DNA from: an uncultured delta proteobacterium
GTDB taxonomy: Bacteria > Desulfobacterota > RBG-13-43-22
Direction of reading: 5' to 3'
NCBI GenBank assembly: GCA_963802945.1
Contig: CAWDKY010000028.1
Location: 32,001-96,000, forward strand
DNA length: 64,000 nt
The notes below the pieces were generated by a model, which did no database searches, was not told the origin of the DNA, and was given only the letters and a program-made list of their open reading frames with translations. Every line of letters begins with the position of its first letter. Positions within the stretch are counted from its first letter, which is position 1. Below, in pieces: positions 57,963 through 64,000 of this stretch. The position numbers were made by a program, and so were the translations under genes.

Positions 57963-59135
57963 ATGTGGACTTTTTCATCTCCCTTTATCGCTTATGGAGA
58001 CAACGCCTTGGAATACCTGGCCCAAATTTCGGGAGAAAAGGCGTTTATTGTTACGGATAAAAACATTGTTTCACTCGGCCTGTTAAAACCGGTTATTGAT
58101 CAGTTGGAAGCCAAAGGGATGACCTGGGAAATCTTCGATGAAGTGGAACCGGAGCCGTCGCTGATCACCATCAAGAAAGGCGGTGTGGCCGTGAATCAAT
58201 ACCAGCCCAATTGGGTCATCGGTGTGGGCGGAGGCTCCTGCCTGGATGCCGCCAAAGCCATTATCCTGATGCTGGCCCGACCGGATCTAGAACCGGATGC
58301 CTTTATCGCCTCGGATACATACAATTTTAGGGAAAAAGCCCGTCTAATGGCCATCCCGACCACCAGCGGAACCGGTTCCGAAGCAACCTGGGCCATCGTC
58401 CTGACCGACACAGAATTCCAGCGCAAGGTGGGGCTGGGCACTACCGAGTGTATGCCGGATGTGGCCATCCTGGATCCGGTCATGGTAGCCAGTATGCCCC
58501 TGAAAATTACGGCCGAGACCGGCATGGATGTCCTAACCCACGCTATTGAGGGATACACCTCGACCTGGGGTACCAGCTTCACGGATGCCCCGGGACTGAT
58601 TGCCGCCCGACAGGCCATGAAGTATCTTCCCAAAGCCTGTCAAAACGGGAGTGATCTCGAGGCGCGCAAAGAAATGATGTACGCCGCTACGCTGGCCGGC
58701 ATGTCTTTCGGCAATTCTATGGCCGGACTCGGGCACAGCACCGGCCACGCCTTAGGAGCTGTTTTCCACCAGCCCCACGGGCGTACTGTCGGCCTTTTCC
58801 TGCCCTATACCATGGAATATTTGATCAATGCTTCGGAAGAAACAACCGCGAAATATGCCGAGATAGCCCGTTTTTGCCAAATAGCCTCCGGCGCGGAACA
58901 AGAATGCGCCAAAGCCCTGGTAGCCAGCGTCCGTGCCCTGGCCGAAGGAATCGGTCAACCGCTCGCGGTCAAAGACTTAGGCATAGATAAGGCCAAATAT
59001 GATGAATCGATGCCCGGATTGATAGATCGGGCGCTGAATGAGGTCATGACGATAACCGTCACCCGTGTACCAGGTGAAGAAGATCTGGAAAAGATTTTCC
59101 GCTATGCCTATGATGGGCGACCCATTGATTTTTGA
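57963..59135 (+). CDS. Iron-containing alcohol dehydrogenase
   Basis: VTD, EVEP.P, GGGS.LD.AK, PTTSGTGSE.T, G.D.L.HA.E.Y, H..GH.LG.....HG. Confidence 0.95.
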   Translation: MWTFSSPFIAYGDNALEYLAQISGEKAFIVTDKNIVSLGLLKPVIDQLEAKGMTWEIFDEVEPEPSLITIKKGGVAVNQYQPNWVIGVGGGSCLDAAKAIILMLARPDLEPDAFIASDTYNFREKARLMAIPTTSGTGSEATWAIVLTDTEFQRKVGLGTTECMPDVAILDPVMVASMPLKITAETGMDVLTHAIEGYTSTWGTSFTDAPGLIAARQAMKYLPKACQNGSDLEARKEMMYAATLAGMSFGNSMAGLGHSTGHALGAVFHQPHGRTVGLFLPYTMEYLINASEETTAKYAEIARFCQIASGAEQECAKALVASVRALAEGIGQPLAVKDLGIDKAKYDESMPGLIDRALNEVMTITVTRVPGEEDLEKIFRYAYDGRPIDF

Positions 59136-59167
59136 AGTTGAAAATTGAGTTGGCGGATTTTTTTGTT

Positions 59168-59247
59168 TAAAGTTTGGAGTTCAGAGTTCGGAGCGTTGCT
59201 TTTCTCTGAACCCATCACTCCGAACTCCTTACTCCGAACTAATGACC
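59168..59247. repeat. 7-nt-period inverted tandem repeat (GAGTTCR / YGAACT)
   Basis: aaagttt-ggagttc-agagttc-ggag ... ctgaacc-catcact-ccgaact-ccttact-ccgaact. Confidence 0.8.
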
Positions 59248-59260
59248 CGAGGTTAATGTC

Positions 59261-61108
59261 ATGAACGGATATCAAGGCAAGATATTGATAGCTGACCTCA
59301 CAACAGGTACACTCACCGATGAACCTCTAAAAGAAAATTATGCCCATGACTTTCTGGGCAGTACGGGCCTGGCGGCACGCTACCTGTTTGATCTGGTCGA
59401 TGAAAAAACCGACCCGCTCGGACCGGAAAATCCCCTCATCCTCATGACCGGTCTTCTCAACGGCACTATTGGGCCCAGTGTCAGCCGCTGGGGAGGTGCG
59501 ACCAAATCCCCTTACACCGGGCACTACGGCGATGCCAATGCCGGTGCCTGGTTCGGCGCGGAGCTTAGAAAAGCCGGATATGACGGCATCATCCTCAAAG
59601 GCCATTCAGCCAAACCGGTATATCTTTACATCAAGGACGGTATGGCAAGGCTTAAAGATGCCGCTTCCCTGTGGGGCCTGGATACGGCCAAGACCCAGGA
59701 AGAAATCAAAAAGAGTTGCGGGGACAAACGCACACAAATTGCCTGTATCGGCCCCGCTTCAGAAAATTTGGTCCTTTACGGCAATATCATGTCCGAATAC
59801 GGTCACAGCCTGGGCCGGGCCGGATTGGGTTGTGTCATGGGTTCCAAGCAGATCAAGGCTGTTGCGGTTCGCGGCAGTACGAAGCTGCCGATGCAGGACC
59901 CGGAAAAATTTCGTCAGTCCGCTATTAAAGCCATGACCGAGGTCAAGGAAGCCTTTTTAACCCAGTGGCTGCACGAAGGCGGAACCGCCTCATGGGTGGA
60001 TTCGGCCATTGCCTATGGCGACGGTCCTTCCAAATATTACACCGCCCCCACCATGCCGGAAGCCACAGTTATAAGCGGGGCCACGATGGTTGAGACCTGC
60101 CAGATTGGCCACACCGGCTGTTTCGGCTGTCCTATACGCTGCCGCAAGGTGCTCCAAATCAAAGAAGGAAAGTATCAGTATGAAAAGGTCGAAGGTCCTG
60201 AATATGAATCCCTGATTGCCCTGGGGGCTATGATGGGGCTCGACCTGGATATGTCCACGGCTGTTTATTTAAATGAGTTGTGTAACCAATATGGATTTGA
60301 TACGATTAGTGGTGGGGCCAGCGCCGGCTATGCCTTCTATCTCTATGAGTTGGGGATAATCTCAGACCAGGACACCGGCGGTCTTAAACTCACTTGGGGG
60401 AATACTGACGCGGCTATAGAGCTGCTGCATCTGATTGGAAAAAACAAAGGCTTTGGGGCTGTGGTGGCTGAAGGGACTAAGCGGATGGCAAAAAAGTACA
60501 GTCGCCCTCCCGGTGAGGCCGTTCAGACCAAGGGCCTTGAACTCCCCATGCACGATCCAAGGGCTTATCACTCCATGGGGGTTGTTTATGCCACTGCTCC
60601 GCGTGGAGCGGATCATAATAAAAGTGACGGATACCAAGTGGACGGGGGGACAGGCCATCCCGACCTGGGCCTTAATGCCGCTGACCGTTGGGGCGACGAT
60701 AGGGCGGAAATGGTGACCATAAGCCAGAATTTCCGAGCCTTGACTGATTCCCTGGGCATCTGTCATTTTGCACAAATACCTTTTACCTTGATAGTCGATA
60801 TGATCACTGCGGCTACAGGCTGGAATACCAACATGGAGCAGTTATTGAAGACCGGAGAACGCATTTTTCAGCTCCAACGGGCACTGTCTTGTAAGCTCGG
60901 GATCACCGCCGGGGATGACCAGCTCCCGGAACTGGTCCAGCGGCCCATTCCTGACGGCGGACAAGAAGGACACGTCCCCAACATGGAAAAGATGCTGCCC
61001 GAGTACTATAAGATCAGAGACTGGGATAACGTCAGCGGCCGGCCATCAAAACAACGATTGGAAAACCTCGGTATGCCGGAAATCGCAGCTTCAATAGGGG
61101 CTGAGTAA
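59261..61108 (+). CDS. aor: Tungsten-type aldehyde:ferredoxin oxidoreductase
   Basis: GY.GKI...DL, DPL.PEN, KSP.T, IGPA.EN, GR.G.G.VMGSK..KA, C..CP..C, GPEYE, G.D.IS, KGLE.P.HDPR, DSL..C.F, YY..R.W...G.P....L..LG. Confidence 0.95.
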   Translation: MNGYQGKILIADLTTGTLTDEPLKENYAHDFLGSTGLAARYLFDLVDEKTDPLGPENPLILMTGLLNGTIGPSVSRWGGATKSPYTGHYGDANAGAWFGAELRKAGYDGIILKGHSAKPVYLYIKDGMARLKDAASLWGLDTAKTQEEIKKSCGDKRTQIACIGPASENLVLYGNIMSEYGHSLGRAGLGCVMGSKQIKAVAVRGSTKLPMQDPEKFRQSAIKAMTEVKEAFLTQWLHEGGTASWVDSAIAYGDGPSKYYTAPTMPEATVISGATMVETCQIGHTGCFGCPIRCRKVLQIKEGKYQYEKVEGPEYESLIALGAMMGLDLDMSTAVYLNELCNQYGFDTISGGASAGYAFYLYELGIISDQDTGGLKLTWGNTDAAIELLHLIGKNKGFGAVVAEGTKRMAKKYSRPPGEAVQTKGLELPMHDPRAYHSMGVVYATAPRGADHNKSDGYQVDGGTGHPDLGLNAADRWGDDRAEMVTISQNFRALTDSLGICHFAQIPFTLIVDMITAATGWNTNMEQLLKTGERIFQLQRALSCKLGITAGDDQLPELVQRPIPDGGQEGHVPNMEKMLPEYYKIRDWDNVSGRPSKQRLENLGMPEIAASIGAE

Positions 61109-61176
61109 AATAGGAGTATTTTATATCCGGCATGAAAGAGCAGAAGGAGAGCTTTTAGCTATGTGTGATTGGTATT

Positions 61177-61256
61177 AAGTTCGGAGTTAAGAGTTCAGAG
61201 TAAATATTTCTAAAAAAAATTTCCTTCTCTGAACTCCGAACTGATCGCTCCGAACT
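61177..61256. repeat. 7-nt-period inverted tandem repeat (GAGTTCR / YGAACT)
   Basis: aagttcg-gagttaa-gagttca-gagt ... ctgaact-ccgaact-gatcgct-ccgaact. Confidence 0.8.
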
Positions 61257-61309
61257 AAACTTTATTTACAAAACGCATAGCAGATGAGCGAGGTGCGAGT
61301 CTATAGGTT

Positions 61310-61594
61310 ATGGCGAGGGTTACTGTCAACTTTCTCGGGCCCCTGAGGCTGTTTCTGGGTGAGCCCTCGACCATCGTCGAAGCCGGCCGTGTTATTGAAG
61401 TCAGAAAAGTTATTGAGGAAAAATACGGTCCCGTATTTCAGAAAAAACTTCAATCCATGGGAGTCAAAAAGAATCAGTCCCTTTGGGACAACAGCCTGTT
61501 CCTACTAAACGGCCGGAGCTTAAAGAAGGAAGATGATGTAGTTCTTAAAGACGGTGACAAACTTGATTTAGGGCTGGCTGTTGCCGGAGGTTAA
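61310..61594 (+). CDS. MoaD/ThiS family sulfur carrier
   Basis: Ubiquitin-like pattern V.V.F.G.L, LNG, LKDGD.L; C-terminal AGG. Confidence 0.88.
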   Translation: MARVTVNFLGPLRLFLGEPSTIVEAGRVIEVRKVIEEKYGPVFQKKLQSMGVKKNQSLWDNSLFLLNGRSLKKEDDVVLKDGDKLDLGLAVAGG

Positions 61595-61712
61595 TTGGAT
61601 ATTACCTCGGATACCGTTGGTAAAAACTTGGAAGGGGGGGAGGAAATAGAAACTGGTTAAGATTTGAAGTGAACCAAGTTCGTGACTAAAAAAAAAAGGA
61701 GGAGCAGAACTC

Positions 61713-62939
61713 ATGAAAAAATGGACTATCCTATGGGCAGTTTTATTCATCACCATTATGGCCTTTGGTTTGGCTGGTGCACAGACCGCACCCATCGTCA
61801 TCAAGGTAGGCATGCCAACGTGTCTGAGCGGTCCGGGAGCACCTTGGGGTCAGATTGGTATGGAACCCTATCTAACCTGGATTGATCTTTTCAACAAAGA
61901 AGGTTTTAAAGTAGCAGGCAAGACTTACAATTTTAAATTGATCACCGTTGACGATAAAAACACCCCCGAGGGTGGTGCGGCAGCAGCCAAACAGCTCATC
62001 TACACCGACGGCTGTAAGTTCCTAGTCGGACATTGGACCTGGAATTTTCCTTCTGTAGCTACGGTGGCCAATCAAGCCAAGGCCATTTTATTTACCCGGA
62101 ACGGAAATGAGGCCTTACCCGGCGGCCTTGGCGTCTATGACCCCAAAAAATTTCCTTACGTGGTTTTTGCCAATAACTCTTGGGACCAATATCTTCACGA
62201 TCACCTGGCCATAGTCGAGGCCTATCCCAATTACAAAAAAATAGGGGTTCTGGATTGTGTCGTGGGCAAGGGCACGTCCACGGAGTTATTAGTTGATACG
62301 TTCTTTAAAAAGAACGGAATTCGCTATGTCAGGGAATGGTTCCCCTTCGGACAACAAGATTTTACGCCTTATATCACCCGGTTCAAAGAGGCAGGATGTG
62401 ACATCATTTATCTCGCCGGATGGGTCGGGGAAACCATGGCCTTCGCCAAACAGCGCTGGGAGATGGGATATAAAGATATGAAAGTCGGTCACGCCGGTCC
62501 GTTTGTCGATGTAGCCATGTATCGTGCGGTTAGCGGCCCCGATGCAGTTCAGGGCTTAATCGGGCAGTATTGGGCCAACTGGGAGTTCAAGAAGACCAAG
62601 GTGAATCCTAAATATATAAAGATGTGTCAAGAGGTCAATGAGATTGTATCAAAGAAACAAGGTAAACCATTTGACTACACCGGGTGGGTAGGCTGGCTCC
62701 CGAACCATTTGCTGATCCTGGCCCAAGCCATGCAAAAGGCCGGGACGGTGGACGACACCGACAAAATCATGAAAGCCATCCGGGGTGGCACTTTTGACAC
62801 CACGATAGGCAAATGGACCATGTCAGGGGCAAAGACTTGGGGGTCACCGATCGTTTTCGGATGCCCGGCCGCCCTCTGCGTGATCCAAGGAAAAAAAGAA
62901 GTCTATCTGAGCGAACATCCTGTAACACCGATTCCATAG
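61713..62939 (+). CDS. Liv-type ABC substrate-binding protein
   Basis: Signal peptide, IKVG....LSGP.A.WG, N..G..V.G..Y, DD...P, DF.PYIT, A..KAGT.D. Confidence 0.9.
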   Translation: MKKWTILWAVLFITIMAFGLAGAQTAPIVIKVGMPTCLSGPGAPWGQIGMEPYLTWIDLFNKEGFKVAGKTYNFKLITVDDKNTPEGGAAAAKQLIYTDGCKFLVGHWTWNFPSVATVANQAKAILFTRNGNEALPGGLGVYDPKKFPYVVFANNSWDQYLHDHLAIVEAYPNYKKIGVLDCVVGKGTSTELLVDTFFKKNGIRYVREWFPFGQQDFTPYITRFKEAGCDIIYLAGWVGETMAFAKQRWEMGYKDMKVGHAGPFVDVAMYRAVSGPDAVQGLIGQYWANWEFKKTKVNPKYIKMCQEVNEIVSKKQGKPFDYTGWVGWLPNHLLILAQAMQKAGTVDDTDKIMKAIRGGTFDTTIGKWTMSGAKTWGSPIVFGCPAALCVIQGKKEVYLSEHPVTPIP

Positions 62940-62996
62940 TTAAGCAAAAAAAGAAAAGGGTTTTTCATTAAAAATTTTAAGTTGAATTTCGCAGCC

Positions 62997-63064
62997 TGGA
63001 CAACTGGAGCAATGGAGCAATGGAGTATTGGAGTAACGGATTTTAACCAATACTCCATTACTCC
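62997..63064. repeat. 8-nt-period inverted tandem repeat (TGGAGYAW / WTACTCCA)
   Basis: tggacaac-tggagcaa-tggagcaa-tggagtat-tggagtaa-cgg ... ccaatact-ccattact-ccc. Confidence 0.82.
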
Positions 63065-63156
63065 CATACACCAAAATATTTTTGTTGCCGTAATTCGTTT
63101 TTCGGATTATCTTCAACATTTCATTTTATCATCAAGGTAAGGGAAGGAAAAAAGAT

Positions 63157-64000
63157 ATGCCCCCGGCTGGAATATGGATTGATGGATTGATCCAAAGTTG
63201 CGCTTACATGACCATGGCCTTTGGCATGGTTTTGGTATTCAGTATCCTGGGGATATTGAACTGGACCCATGGTCAGTATTATATGCTGGGGGCTTTTATG
63301 GTCTATTATGCCATTACAGCCGCAGGCCTACCTTTTCCCTTAAGCCTTCTGGTAGCAGGGGTGTTGGTGGCGGGATTGGGCATGTTGGTAAAAAAAATCA
63401 TTATCGACCACATCACCGGCGAGTTATATGTGGGTGCGGCCACTATGGGGCTCATCTTTTTTTTCGAAGGTGCTGCCAGCATGGTCTTCGGTATGCAGGA
63501 TAAAGGTTTGGCCATGGTTCTTCCGGGTGTACTCAACCTGGGTTCTTTTAGTGTGAGCTACCAGAAGATTGCCGTGGTTTCTTTTACTCTGGTGATCATG
63601 ATTATCCTGTATATCATGCTGAATTATACTAAGATAGGATTGGCCATCCGGGCCACGGCTCAGCAACCCGATGCCGCCAGCTTATACGGCGTCAGTGTGG
63701 AGCGGCTTTCATTGACGGTTATGGGTATCGGCTGTGGGCTGGCGGCCCTGGCCGGAGGTATCATCGCCCCCCTTTACACGATTAATCCTTTTATCGGCGG
63801 CATCCCCATGCTCATGTCTTTGCTGGCCATTGTCATCGGCGGCATCGGCAGCCTTACTGGGGCCATTGTGGGAGGCTTCATCCTGGGCTTCATCAACTGT
63901 GTCCTGGCCTACAATTTGTCCTACTTTTCCGAGGTGGTGCTCTTCGTGCTGGTCATCATCATTCTGCTGGTCAGACCTCAAGGCTTGTTTGGAGCTTCCT
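63157..64000 (+). CDS. livH: ABC permease, LivH-type, running off the window end
   Basis: Translated by hand from ATG 63157: MPPAGIWIDGLIQS...FSILGILNWTHG...T.IG.AIRA.AQ...IGGIGS..GA...RPQGLFG. No stop occurs before 64000, so it is absent from the ORF track. Confidence 0.9.
   Translation, partial: MPPAGIWIDGLIQSCAYMTMAFGMVLVFSILGILNWTHGQYYMLGAFMVYYAITAAGLPFPLSLLVAGVLVAGLGMLVKKIIIDHITGELYVGAATMGLIFFFEGAASMVFGMQDKGLAMVLPGVLNLGSFSVSYQKIAVVSFTLVIMIILYIMLNYTKIGLAIRATAQQPDAASLYGVSVERLSLTVMGIGCGLAALAGGIIAPLYTINPFIGGIPMLMSLLAIVIGGIGSLTGAIVGGFILGFINCVLAYNLSYFSEVVLFVLVIIILLVRPQGLFGAS

Noticed and set aside
43684-63064. Repeat arrays as CRISPR
   Set aside because: Units are 7-9 nt, contiguous and without unique spacers; no cas genes are in the window.

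Overview
About 64 kb of bacterial chromosome. Gene content and codon style suggest an anaerobic Desulfobacterota/deltaproteobacterium; this is inferred, not tested. The window is dominated by organic-acid and CoA-ester catabolism: three Liv-type ABC uptake clusters plus an orphan binding protein, an AMP-forming acyl-CoA ligase, two NDP-forming acyl-CoA synthetase alpha subunits, a family-I CoA-transferase pair, acyl-CoA dehydrogenase, 3-hydroxyacyl-CoA dehydrogenase, a crotonase, ETF-QO, a BKACE enzyme, an HpaB/AbfD-like flavoprotein and an SCP2-ADH-AOR-MoaD operon. Accessory DNA the ORF track does not show includes: (i) two integron relics, a minus-strand attC cassette array at 9.6-11.5 kb joined to a truncated glyA, and a plus-strand attI/attC array at 45.2-46.9 kb with a truncated intI; (ii) an intact IS3 with a 3-bp target duplication and an IS701 fragment; (iii) nested and dispersed MITE/REP elements; (iv) a family of 7-9-nt-period inverted tandem-repeat hairpins at many gene junctions; (v) a ~105-bp promoter/start-codon duplication bracketing an MBL-hydrolase gene. 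The best candidates for undescribed biology are the periodic hairpin elements, a 743-aa HTH/cyclase-like/TPR protein, and tandem poly-Cys Fe-S proteins next to a CooC-like ATPase with an extra Cys motif. Four genes each carry one extra base, which may be sequencing error. No rRNA, tRNA or CRISPR was seen. All family calls come from motif recognition by eye; no database search was run.
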